Assembly: GCA_965248755.1 (NCBI GenBank)
Contig: OZ252149.1
Span: forward strand, 2,720,001 to 2,784,000
DNA length: 64,000 nt
Source of the DNA: Candidatus Latescibacterota bacterium
Lineage (GTDB): Bacteria > Latescibacterota > CBDEFO01
Reading direction: 5' to 3'
Each line of letters starts with the position of its first letter. The first letter of the stretch is position 1. The position numbers and the translations under genes were made by a program. Shown piece by piece: positions 49,872 through 59,607 of this stretch. The notes beneath the pieces are model-generated. The model made no database searches. It was not told the origin of the DNA and was given only the letters and a program-made list of their open reading frames with translations.

Positions 49872-50638
49872 GGGAAAGTCCTTGCTATTGAGTTGACGAG
49901 ATTGGGGAAAATAGCGTCTCTTGGAAAGCCTCAGAGGATAACGGTATCGTCATACCAAAAATATCGTCCAGCTATCGATAAGTCAAGCGGAAACTGCTTA
50001 ATACCACTTCGAAGATCGGAGTTCGGACACAGAAAAAGAATGCACGGACTTCAGGAAGCATTAGAACCATCTGTGCTTCAGCAGTACTCTGTAGAAGGTA
50101 GGAGGATCTCTTGAAGCTTGTAGGTGGATATGTGAGGGAGACAATGGGAAGGAATGTAGTGCCTGGGCACCCTTAGCTATACCTCCTGAAAACTTCACTT
50201 CAGATGAGCTAGTGTTGGAATCTCTTGTCGGGCGCCTTGGGGAAGTTATAAGCTGTCCTTGCGGTAGAAAGCGGTCTTAGCCAAAGACGTGAAAGGATTA
50301 GGTGAGGAATTACGAAGGTTACGGTAGAAAGGGTTTAAAACTGGCAGGTACTCAAGGGAATTTTAGGTCTCTACTGGATACTTACGGCAGGAGGCAATCC
50401 TCATTAAGATATTAATTATATAGGATTTATTGATAAGAAAGGGGCAAAACTATCCTCAGAGTATCGCATTTGAGCATCTATCATCTCCATCTGGTCGTAA
50501 CGCATCTAACGGCAATTAGCGCCAAAGCCGAATCGCTGAAGACACCGACTCGTCTGATCGAACCCCCCGTGCCTCAGAATCCTTGACGTGGAGTTCTATC
50601 TCGTCGAGTTTAAGTTTCATGGCTGGCCTGGTTTGTTC

Positions 50639-50881
50639 TTATTCTGCATGACAAAAACTACAATTCCCCAAGTCACGGTGGGGCATGATAGGAGTGCCCT
50701 TATCTCCCCTTATATGGCACCCCAAACACTCAGCAGATTCAGCCTCGGGCCAATGATCGAGGTCCACGGGCATAGTTGGGGCCGCTTTGAAGAAAGCCAC
50801 TGAGACTATAACCGCGAATATTCCGCCCAATATCCATACGACCATCCACACTTTTTTAGCGTCAGAACCTTCTCTTGGCAT
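50639..50881 (-). CDS. Small membrane-anchored dihaem c-type cytochrome
   Basis: One TM helix, CLGCH and CSFCH motifs, additional His (DHW, MPH). Confidence 0.75.
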   Translation of the reverse strand: MPREGSDAKKVWMVVWILGGIFAVIVSVAFFKAAPTMPVDLDHWPEAESAECLGCHIRGDKGTPIMPHRDLGNCSFCHAE

Positions 50882-50890
50882 ATCCCAATT

Positions 50891-51418
50891 TCAACGGACG
50901 GCCGCTATCTCAGCAAGCAGTGCAACTCCAAGCGCAGATAATAGGGTGATCCTTGTTAGGTTTACGTATTCTCTATGCATTCTGTTGAACTGTTCCCCCT
51001 CTTCTCCCAACATTTCCCCTGTATCAGGCGAGATCGAAGCCCTTTCTCTTACCTCATCCATCCTTGAGCTTAATCCCATCCCTAAATATAGAGCCACACT
51101 GATCATCACTAAGATCAGAACGAATCTTGTGGACGTTAATAGAGACCATATCCTGTCTCCGTCACCCCAGAAGCTGTGTTCCCTGTTCAAGACTACTTGA
51201 ATAATGCTCGTCAGGACCAGGACAACCCCGCAGACGTACACTATGTAATTGAACCTCTTGAAGCTATCCCCTACGATTGCTCCGGCAGCGGCAGCCGATT
51301 CCAAAGATCTGAAGGCTACAGGAGCGACTACGGCGCCTATTGCAATAGTCCCGCCTACCCAGAGAGCTAATGCTATAAAATAGAACCAGTTGGAGACCAC
51401 AAGGATGATGGAATTCAT
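50891..51418 (-). CDS. DUF4149/TMEM205-like membrane protein
   Basis: LWVGG....GAVVAPVAFRSL....AG.I.G..F and F.RMH motifs; 4 TM. Confidence 0.8.
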   Translation of the reverse strand: MNSIILVVSNWFYFIALALWVGGTIAIGAVVAPVAFRSLESAAAAGAIVGDSFKRFNYIVYVCGVVLVLTSIIQVVLNREHSFWGDGDRIWSLLTSTRFVLILVMISVALYLGMGLSSRMDEVRERASISPDTGEMLGEEGEQFNRMHREYVNLTRITLLSALGVALLAEIAAVR

Positions 51419-51425
51419 TTTCGAA

Positions 51426-52631
51426 TTAGAGGAGCGTGACCTCCACTTTTTCGTTCTTTTCGATAAGATCCACGTTCGGCGGGATAAGCATATAGCCGTC
51501 GGCCTGGGACATACTCGTAATTGCCCCGGAGTCCTTAAACGCCGGCATGGCAACGCCATCTACGAACTTCACAGTATAAAACTGATCTTTCCCTAAGTCC
51601 GACGTAATGCCCTGTCCCAGGGGCATCTCTATGGCTTTTTCTACTTTTGGATAGAGCCGCGCCATCTTCCTCAACATAGGAATCAAAAGCAGATACGAGT
51701 TTGAAAGGCACGAGGTCGGGAAGCCCGGCATGCCCAAGAATAGTGCCTTTCCTATCTTCCCGAAGAGCGTCGGCTTGCCCGGCCTTACTGCAATCCCATG
51801 GAATAGTATCTCTCCTACTTCCTGCATAATATCCAGAATAATGTCTCTTTCCCCCACAGAACTCCCCGCGGAGGTCAGAATTATATCGTATTTGCTGCAT
51901 TCTTCTACCTTAGCTCTTACGTCCTCCAACCTGTCCTTAACGATCCCCTTCAGATCCGCAATTCCTCCGTTATCCTCTACAACAGCTCTCATAGTGTATG
52001 AGTTAGTATTGTAGACTTGCCCCGGTTTTAAGCTTCCTCCCAGATCTACTACTTCATCCCCGGTAGATATGATGGCGACTTTGGGCTTTTTATACACAAC
52101 TAAACTATCCAGGCCCAGAGACGTAGCCGCCCCTATCCTGCCCGGGTTAAGTATCTCCCTCTCCTCTAAGACTTTGCTCCCGTCCTCAATATCTGTGCCT
52201 CTTTTCGACACATTTTCTTTTGGATAGACTGGCTCGTAGACAAGGACGCCCTCTTCGTTTTTATCGGTATTTTCCACCATAACCACAGCGTCTGCACCCT
52301 GGGGGATCATAGTTCCTGTGGCTATCTGTACACATTCTCCCGGCTCTATCTGGCTTTGGGGAACCTGTCCTGCATAGACTCTTTCAACGATCTTGAATGT
52401 ATTAGGGTCGAACTTTCCCGCTCCGAACGTATCCTCAGCCCTTACGGCGTATCCATCTTTAGCTGACCTGTCAAAATCGGGCACGCATATCTTTGAGACC
52501 ACATCCTCGGCCACGACTCTACCGTTGGCCTGTGTAATATTAACGCGGTCTGTCCTTTCAATCGGAACGACAGAGTCCAGGCATATTCTTTTCGCCTCGT
52601 CCAGAGGTATCAACGATTTTAAAGGTCGCAT
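51426..52631 (-). CDS. moeA: Molybdopterin molybdotransferase
   Basis: FDRSAKDGYA, IATG..IP.GADAV, STGDE, RPGKPT, MPGFPTS. Confidence 0.93.
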   Translation of the reverse strand: MRPLKSLIPLDEAKRICLDSVVPIERTDRVNITQANGRVVAEDVVSKICVPDFDRSAKDGYAVRAEDTFGAGKFDPNTFKIVERVYAGQVPQSQIEPGECVQIATGTMIPQGADAVVMVENTDKNEEGVLVYEPVYPKENVSKRGTDIEDGSKVLEEREILNPGRIGAATSLGLDSLVVYKKPKVAIISTGDEVVDLGGSLKPGQVYNTNSYTMRAVVEDNGGIADLKGIVKDRLEDVRAKVEECSKYDIILTSAGSSVGERDIILDIMQEVGEILFHGIAVRPGKPTLFGKIGKALFLGMPGFPTSCLSNSYLLLIPMLRKMARLYPKVEKAIEMPLGQGITSDLGKDQFYTVKFVDGVAMPAFKDSGAITSMSQADGYMLIPPNVDLIEKNEKVEVTLL

Positions 52632-52731
52632 CAGCGTAATGAAAATTCGGATTAACTCTAAACTATTCTAAGTATCAGGTCAAAGTAGTTCGGAGAAATT
52701 ATAGAGATCCAGAATAGTAAACAGCATATTC

Positions 52732-52896
52732 GTAGGGGCAAGGGCACTTCACCACTTTGTGGTTTGCTGGCACTTTGTGCCCCCTGTAAAAAGGGGTGGC
52801 AGCAGCGCGCACGGTGTCCCACGGCGCCTCGTCGCAAGGGCTGGGAAACGAAAGCCCCTACCTTTTGGGGTGGGAGGCGGTGCCCTGTCTACTTAC
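52732..52896. repeat. Composite repeat cluster (GTAG REP-like hairpin plus GTAGACAGGGCACCGCC element)
   Basis: GTAGGGGCA...TGCCCCTGTA; minus strand GTAGACAGGGCACCGCCTCCCACCCCAAAAGGTAGGGGCTTTC. Confidence 0.65.
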
Positions 52897-53163
52897 TTAA
52901 TATCTTCCGTAATCTCTCCTTTCTTTGTTTTTTGGTGGACGAGCTTCGTCCACTTTCAAAGCACGTCCTTGTAAATCGGTGCCGTCCAATGCTTCTTTTG
53001 CTTTTTCAGCTTCCGATGAGTTAGACATTTCAACAAATCCAAAACCTCTACCTTCAATTATGTTGACCTGCTTAACTTCACCATAGTTGGAAAACAATTC
53101 TTCCAACGCCTCACTAGTTACAGAGTAACTAAGATTTCCCACATACAGTTTGCTACCTTGCAT
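52897..53163 (-). CDS. RRM-domain RNA-binding protein
   Basis: KLYVGNL (RNP2), RGFGFVEM (RNP1), LKVDEARP; GGAGGA RBS. Confidence 0.93.
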   Translation of the reverse strand: MQGSKLYVGNLSYSVTSEALEELFSNYGEVKQVNIIEGRGFGFVEMSNSSEAEKAKEALDGTDLQGRALKVDEARPPKNKERRDYGRY

Positions 53164-53378
53164 TCTTTCCTCCTTTTCTCTGTTGTCCAATAATGTTTCT
53201 TTTGGAGGTAGAAGCAAGATCGTTATTCTAACCTCTCTAATGCTAACACTATTAAACACAGGAGAACCCTCGTTAAAAACCTGTTTCAGAGGATTTAATT
53301 GAGTATTCTTACTACCCTCCTTCAGTATTTATCAAAGTAGTAAAAAGTAGGTAGGGCATCCCTCTCCCCATCTACTAC

Positions 53379-54458
53379 CTACTTTTGGGGATAGTGCTCC
53401 TTGCAGTAGTCCTTTACCGCAATCGGGATCTCCTTGAGGTTCTCTATCGTCGTCCTCAGGGGAATTGCGCACTCAGGGGCTATAATGTCGACCCCTGCGT
53501 CCATTGCTCTGTAGACCTCCTTTCGCACCTCCTCGGGACCCTTTGTATATAGCGTTACGGGGTTATTTACGTTTCCTACAAGAGCGAGATTTTCTCCTGC
53601 TGCTTCCATAGCCTCTTTGGGATCGTTGAGAGAATCAAAATGGAAGCACTTAAACCCCGTCTCGGCGATGTAAGGTATGCGATCCACAGTTTTTCCGCAG
53701 ATGTGAAGTATAAGAGGACAATTGATCCTTTCTTTAAACTCTATGTGAAGGTCCTTCAAAAACTCCCTGTAGTAATCCGCGCTCACCAGGTCTCCTGTAG
53801 CGTGATCGGGCAGGGTCAAAGCGTCTGCGCCTGCATCTATCTGCGCCTGACCGAACATGACTGTGGATTCTTTCAAAATGTCCAGGATCTTTTTTACCTT
53901 ATCGGGGTTGTCCACTGTCATCAACAAGAACTCTGTGATCCCGAAAAGGTGATAAGCCAAAGACCAGGGACCCATGGTCTTGCCTATGACAACCACTTCG
54001 TCCCCGTAATCACGGTTTAGGATCGTCAAGGTGTCAAGCACGGTTTTAGTGTCGTTATGAGTCAGAAGATCATCTGAGATTTTGATGTCCTCCGGCCCCT
54101 TGCAGATAGGTTTGTGCATCCTGACTGTCGCCCAGTTATCCTTCACCTCCCACTGAATCTCGCAACCCAAGGCCGAAGATTCCTGGATAATGGTAAAGAC
54201 CGGCATAACGCTGTCGAAGCCCAACTCGGTATAGCCTGTAGCCGCCAGCCGAGCCATCTTCTCAGCGTTTCTGTGAGCTTCGGGGAAGGGAGCGTCCACC
54301 AGATCCATCAAATCCACGGTTGCAACCGACGTCGGATTGGACACAGGTGGCCTGTCGACCTCCTCCCTGTTGAGTGCGGCAAGAACCCTTTCCCTCGGCT
54401 TCATGTACTCGACAAATCCTTCTCCATTGCCGCCTTCCTGATTTTTTCCAGAAGACAT
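53379..54458 (-). CDS. MtaA/CmuA-family methylcobamide methyltransferase (URO-D fold)
   Basis: Zn-ligand motifs LHICG and IAPEC; GPWSLA; VGNVNN. Confidence 0.82.
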   Translation of the reverse strand: MSSGKNQEGGNGEGFVEYMKPRERVLAALNREEVDRPPVSNPTSVATVDLMDLVDAPFPEAHRNAEKMARLAATGYTELGFDSVMPVFTIIQESSALGCEIQWEVKDNWATVRMHKPICKGPEDIKISDDLLTHNDTKTVLDTLTILNRDYGDEVVVIGKTMGPWSLAYHLFGITEFLLMTVDNPDKVKKILDILKESTVMFGQAQIDAGADALTLPDHATGDLVSADYYREFLKDLHIEFKERINCPLILHICGKTVDRIPYIAETGFKCFHFDSLNDPKEAMEAAGENLALVGNVNNPVTLYTKGPEEVRKEVYRAMDAGVDIIAPECAIPLRTTIENLKEIPIAVKDYCKEHYPQK

Positions 54459-54659
54459 ATCCTTCCTCCAATCTATCGATGGAGACTTAAAGCTCCTATA
54501 TTCATGATGGCAATTCTTGAACTGTCACTTAGATATGCCTGTCATATCTCTGTCAAACGTAATCCCGCCTCCATAACAAATATACCAAATAGGCATTCCA
54601 AAAACAAGGGATTGATCATAATGAAAAACGTTACTGATAAAATATCTTGATGGTATGTT

Positions 54660-55328
54660 CTATAGCATGTTAAGTTCATGCTTGGCCTGGGAGGATAGTT
54701 CAGAGTCTGGATACGAATCCACTATGCGTTCCAGAGAGCTCTGGGCTTCGTTCTTCATATCGGCCAGTACAAAACACCTTGCGGAATCTATAAGGGCTCT
54801 TGGGGCAAACGCTGAGTCCTTGTTCTCATCTGCAAAACTTTCGTACTTCTTTGCTGCCTTCTGGTATTTTCCCTGCTGCTCCATAGAGGCCGCAATCCCG
54901 CTTGCGCAATTATAGACCATGGTATCGTCGTCTCGATACTCATCTAAATAAGTCTGAAAATACTTTATTGCTTGCTTATACTCACCCCTGTCAAAGTAGA
55001 GATTTCCCAGATCTACCGTCGCCTCAGCCGCAGACGGTGTACCTTCAAAGCCCTCCATTACAGTCATGTACAAGCCGATGTCCTCATCAGGCCCCCCCTG
55101 GCGCATGGCTATTCTGGCTTCTGCTAAAGCGTTTGCGGAGTCCTCCTCGCTTTGTCTTTGCTTATTGACAGAAACTGCTATTATCACGGCCAGCACGACC
55201 GCTAAAATCCCGCCAAGAATGATCCTATTTAGGTTATCCCTTATAAACGTCGCCGCATTTGCTGTAAACGTTACGAATTTATCCTCTTTGATCTGTCTTT
55301 TCGTCAACCTCTGTCTCGGTTTAAGCAT
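54660..55328 (-). CDS. Membrane-anchored TPR protein (YfgM-like)
   Basis: KRQIKEDKF N-terminus, single TM, TPR repeats. Confidence 0.8.
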   Translation of the reverse strand: MLKPRQRLTKRQIKEDKFVTFTANAATFIRDNLNRIILGGILAVVLAVIIAVSVNKQRQSEEDSANALAEARIAMRQGGPDEDIGLYMTVMEGFEGTPSAAEATVDLGNLYFDRGEYKQAIKYFQTYLDEYRDDDTMVYNCASGIAASMEQQGKYQKAAKKYESFADENKDSAFAPRALIDSARCFVLADMKNEAQSSLERIVDSYPDSELSSQAKHELNML

Positions 55329-55366
55329 CTGTTTGAAATTCTCCTTCTTAAGTAGTCACAGCTGTA

Positions 55367-56593
55367 TCAGAACTTAACACTCTTGTATTCTAGTGCCATC
55401 TTTATTCTTTCCATAACTGGCGGGTGGGTGTACAAAAGCCATTTGATGAACCGTCCGGGCTCTACATCCGAAAGGTTCTTGATCGAAAGGTTCTTCTCGA
55501 CATCTATAAATATATCTGGTTTGTCGGTTAAAGTCAACGATTCCCAGTCGGCCTGACGTTCAAAATATCTCGAAATCGCGTTTTGCACCGGCATTCCCAC
55601 AAGTCCCAAGATTCCAACTATCAAGAATATCAGAGCCAACACGCCTACCTCGTCTATCGTTTCGATTCCGAATATGCCTTCCGACCAGTTTATAGTCCGG
55701 TTGACGATGAAAAGGATCAAAAAGCTACCTATTAGAGCCAGACTTATCCCCTTCCATATGTGATTGTGCTTCCAGTGTCCTATTTCGTGTGCCAGCACAA
55801 GTTCTACTTCATCGTCCTTTGAACCCTCCACCAGCGTGTCGTACAGGACAATTCTCTTGGTAGTTGCCAGCCCTGTAAAATAGGCGTTTACCTTCTTTGT
55901 CCTTTTGCTTGCGTCCATTACAAGGACGTCCTCCACCTCCAACTTTGCCTCTTCAGCCAGACCTAACACGCGATCTTTCAATTCGCCTTCTTCCAGCGGT
56001 TTGAAAGAATGAAAGAGGGGAGCTATCACCACAGGAGCAAGAAAAACCAGCACTACAGATAGAATACCCGAACAGATCGCCCCGTAGATCCACCATCTTT
56101 CGGGCTGCCACTTTATCAGGGCTAAGAGTCCCATCCCGACCGGAGCCATAATAACCAGACTAACTAGCCTCCCTTTGGCATAGTTCCACAGCCATCCTCC
56201 GATGCTTTCGTTGGACAACTCATACTGATGCTCGTGAAAATACCCGCTGTACAGAGACAGGGGAAAAGTAACGAACCAGACTAACAGCAAAAGACATCCT
56301 GAAAACAACATCGCTCCGAGCCACCATCTTCCCGTTATCCCGATTAAGCGATTTCCGAAGGTTGCAGCGACTCCGCTGAAGATAAAGAGGCACAAAATTG
56401 TGACTTCAATTGCCTCTCTCAGGAAGAATAACCTGTATTTTGTTTCTCTGTATTCTTTTCCCTTCTTTATCTGTTCGTCGGTAAAATAATCTGAGGCCCT
56501 GATCGCTTTTCCCCCATCAGCCTCAGCACTTGCTGCCACAGCCAACAGAATTACGAAGGATGTTATTAATGGAATTATATTTTTCAGTGCCAA
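55367..56593 (-). CDS. M48 (Ste24-like) membrane zinc metalloprotease
   Basis: DASKRT...NAYFTG, LAHEIGH, SRYFERQAD, THPP..ERI. Confidence 0.92.
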   Translation of the reverse strand: MALKNIIPLITSFVILLAVAASAEADGGKAIRASDYFTDEQIKKGKEYRETKYRLFFLREAIEVTILCLFIFSGVAATFGNRLIGITGRWWLGAMLFSGCLLLLVWFVTFPLSLYSGYFHEHQYELSNESIGGWLWNYAKGRLVSLVIMAPVGMGLLALIKWQPERWWIYGAICSGILSVVLVFLAPVVIAPLFHSFKPLEEGELKDRVLGLAEEAKLEVEDVLVMDASKRTKKVNAYFTGLATTKRIVLYDTLVEGSKDDEVELVLAHEIGHWKHNHIWKGISLALIGSFLILFIVNRTINWSEGIFGIETIDEVGVLALIFLIVGILGLVGMPVQNAISRYFERQADWESLTLTDKPDIFIDVEKNLSIKNLSDVEPGRFIKWLLYTHPPVMERIKMALEYKSVKF

Positions 56594-56702
56594 TTCCCAG
56601 TCTCAACCTTACAGATTTCGTAGATTACGCGAAACAGTTGCAAGGGTACTATTATGCCAACTGCACTACGTTAATCATCCCGATTCCACAAGCCAGATTT
56701 CC

Positions 56703-57776
56703 TTACATATGATCTGACTGCCACCAGTAAAAGCCTAAAGGAAACAGATCGCTTCCGAAGTCCGATATTTTCTCAGGTCCAAATATAAGCTTTATCAACT
56801 CCCTCCTTCCGAAATCCTCTTCTCTCCCGTTCCATCTTAATCTTACTCTATCTTCATGTTCACCTGCAAACATATCGGGAACTCCAAACTTGTCGAGCAG
56901 GCTTTCGGCGTTTATGACCCTCAACATCCCCGCGTAATATACCTCTTTGGGGAATTCCAAATCGTTCAAAGCACTGGGAATATCCTCATCCGCATAAGGT
57001 GTCAGAAAATTGATGAATTTTGGTTGCATCTCTTCGAAGAAATGCCTCACAAGACCCAGTACAATATCCACATCGCCCCCATACTCGTTGACGGAGCAGC
57101 TATCTTCTTCTCCTTTGTATCTCCCTATGACTATGTAGCCTTCGACTCTGTCATCCTTGATAGCCAAGTACACATCGTACTTTGGAAGCCCCATAATTGT
57201 CCCCGTCAACTCCCCGTTCCTTATCACACCGAGTTGGTCTCTATCGTGCAGAACCTTGATCTGTTCTACAAACTTTCTATCCTTTGCACCCTTTGCCACA
57301 TCACAGGCGCTTAAGCTCGGAAGGAGACCTAAGTTGCCCCGGTCCAAATAATATCTGCACTCCCTGCCTCCGTTCTCCCAACCGAACTTCCTGTAATAGT
57401 CATCTATCCCTGTCCACAGGATCGAAAGATCGTAAGCTTCCCCCTTCATCTTCCTTATACAGTCCTCTAACAGCATCCCCGCATATCCTTTCCTCTGATA
57501 GTGGGGATCTGTCGCAACGCTCCCTATACCTCCGACCTTCAAAACTGCATTCCCAACTCTCACATCCACAGGATATATACCCACGTGGCTTATCACCTTA
57601 CGATCTATCTTGATGAGCCTGAGATTATCGGCGTTCGACTCGTTCAAAAATTGGGGATAGTCACCTCCCATGCTCGGACGTCTATCCTGAAGCGATCTGA
57701 ACACGTAGTTTACAAGATCTACCGTCTCGCCGAACTCGTCAGGTCTGCAGCCTCTCGGTCCTTCGATATATTCCAT
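56703..57776 (-). CDS. Eis-like GNAT acetyltransferase
   Basis: GGIGSVATDPHYQRKGYA, YYRKFGW; 357 aa. Confidence 0.82.
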   Translation of the reverse strand: MEYIEGPRGCRPDEFGETVDLVNYVFRSLQDRRPSMGGDYPQFLNESNADNLRLIKIDRKVISHVGIYPVDVRVGNAVLKVGGIGSVATDPHYQRKGYAGMLLEDCIRKMKGEAYDLSILWTGIDDYYRKFGWENGGRECRYYLDRGNLGLLPSLSACDVAKGAKDRKFVEQIKVLHDRDQLGVIRNGELTGTIMGLPKYDVYLAIKDDRVEGYIVIGRYKGEEDSCSVNEYGGDVDIVLGLVRHFFEEMQPKFINFLTPYADEDIPSALNDLEFPKEVYYAGMLRVINAESLLDKFGVPDMFAGEHEDRVRLRWNGREEDFGRRELIKLIFGPEKISDFGSDLFPLGFYWWQSDHM

Positions 57777-57801
57777 AACGCAACTCCTTAGTTACGCGTG
57801 G

Positions 57802-59460
57802 TCACTTTTCATCAAGTAATTTCAACTTATCTATCATATTCCTTGCGCGCCGCGAATACCTCTGACGCAGATCCAGCCTCAACGATTCTTGCAGTTGGTA
57901 GAGCGCTTCATCTCTCATACCCTCTTTATAGTAAATCTGACCCAAGTTAAAATGAGGCACATAGTTTTGGGGATTAGCCCTCAACGCCTCCTTGTAGTTC
58001 GTTACAGCGCCTGCTATATCTCCACTCTTTACTTGGCTATTTCCCAGAAGTATGTGGGCTATGTCGTGTCTATCGTTTACGTAGATGTCCACGGTGCTGT
58101 TGCTGATAATCCATGTCCAGCAGTGGGCACCGGAAATGGCTATGATAACCAGCGCCGCACGCATCATCCTTCCTTTGTCCTTCACGTATTTTATCATCAA
58201 ATATCCTCCCAAAGACACATATCCCAGACCTACAACAGCAAAGAGGTCCCAGTCCTCGAACGCCCCTATATCGGGATTCCACACTATGGCGAATACCTGA
58301 AAAAAGAGGGCGACCAATAAGAGAAAACGAAGATACTGATCTTTGAAATCTATATGCTTAAAATAGAAGAGGAGCACAAAGCATATAGCCGCGGCGCCCG
58401 GAAGTCCGGTCAAGATAATCTGATTTAACACAGCTGTTATGTGATCTGTCGAAAACGCAGGATATTGATATAGACTGTAGGATCTATCTCGTAAGAATAT
58501 GAAATTTAGTCTGGAAAGATGCGTATGCGTCAGATGCTCGGGACCGTAGCCTATAATGGCGTACAGGCCGATAGTCGCTCCTATCGGTACAAGAACCGAT
58601 AAAGCCATTATCCCGAATTGGAGTGTTCTATCCTTTAGACGTAACCCCTTTGTGCCAGCCAGATAAAGATACAATAGTGAAGGCAGCAGCCAGCCTGCTA
58701 GAACATGCATACATATGCTTAAGGACAGAACCAGAGACGGCAGTGCGATTTTGCATCTTCCCTCAAGATAGTACCAGCTTATTAGAAGATAAGACACAAT
58801 CCCCAAAGCTGCAATAGTGTAATTCTCAACGCTCCCAAAAAAGAGCTCAACAGCCCCCATTGAGAAGAACAGGCCAAAACACAGAGCCCTATCTGTCCAC
58901 CCGTCCGAAAACGCTCGGCACATATAAAGCACGACCAGAACAAATCCCAAGCCGCAGAGACAGCTTGTAAGAGCGTACGACTCGGCCGCTCCCCAATCTA
59001 ACACCCGGTGAAGCCAACTGTAGGTTAGAGAATGAATCAGAAGCTCTAAAGGCTCGTCGAACCACAGATGATAGCCCTTAAGATGAACGTCTAGAGTCAG
59101 AAATTCTATCAGATGAATGCTGTCGCCCAGTTTATAGTTTCTCATCCGCAGAAGCCAGAAAATGGGAAAGAAAGCGGAGCCGATCAAGACATATAGAATC
59201 CCTGTCTTTAAGCTAATTACCCTTTTTCCGATCCAGCCTGCTGCAAACAAAAACCCGATCCATACTTTGTCGTTTATCCACTTGAAGCAGACTAAAAGCC
59301 CTATCAGAGATAGAACTACACGTAGAGGTAGAGGTAAGTCCCCAAAGTGATAGAAGGACCAGAGATCCTTTCTGAACAGATCGGAGGGCAGATAGGGAAG
59401 CAGGACCATCGCCGCTCCGAAGATGGCTGCGCATACGAACAAGTATATATTTTGAAACAT
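57802..59460 (-). CDS. Polytopic membrane protein with C-terminal TPRs (possible GT-C-type glycosyltransferase)
   Basis: More than 10 TM segments, LGDS, VENY and DWDLF loops, terminal TPR pair. Confidence 0.65.
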   Translation of the reverse strand: MFQNIYLFVCAAIFGAAMVLLPYLPSDLFRKDLWSFYHFGDLPLPLRVVLSLIGLLVCFKWINDKVWIGFLFAAGWIGKRVISLKTGILYVLIGSAFFPIFWLLRMRNYKLGDSIHLIEFLTLDVHLKGYHLWFDEPLELLIHSLTYSWLHRVLDWGAAESYALTSCLCGLGFVLVVLYMCRAFSDGWTDRALCFGLFFSMGAVELFFGSVENYTIAALGIVSYLLISWYYLEGRCKIALPSLVLSLSICMHVLAGWLLPSLLYLYLAGTKGLRLKDRTLQFGIMALSVLVPIGATIGLYAIIGYGPEHLTHTHLSRLNFIFLRDRSYSLYQYPAFSTDHITAVLNQIILTGLPGAAAICFVLLFYFKHIDFKDQYLRFLLLVALFFQVFAIVWNPDIGAFEDWDLFAVVGLGYVSLGGYLMIKYVKDKGRMMRAALVIIAISGAHCWTWIISNSTVDIYVNDRHDIAHILLGNSQVKSGDIAGAVTNYKEALRANPQNYVPHFNLGQIYYKEGMRDEALYQLQESLRLDLRQRYSRRARNMIDKLKLLDEK

Positions 59461-59607
59461 TGGAGATTAATTAAGTAGATGCTGTGTAGGGGCGATATGC
59501 CAGGGCGCTTTGTTGGGGAGGATGAAGTGATGGCAGCAATCCACGAAGTGGTCGCCCGGACTGCTGGGTGACAGAGGCACTACATTCAAGGTAAGTAGTG
59601 CAGTTCC

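Noticed and set aside
50262..50331. CRISPR array from the 60-bp-spaced repeat
   Set aside because: Only two copies of a ~10-nt core, and no cas genes.
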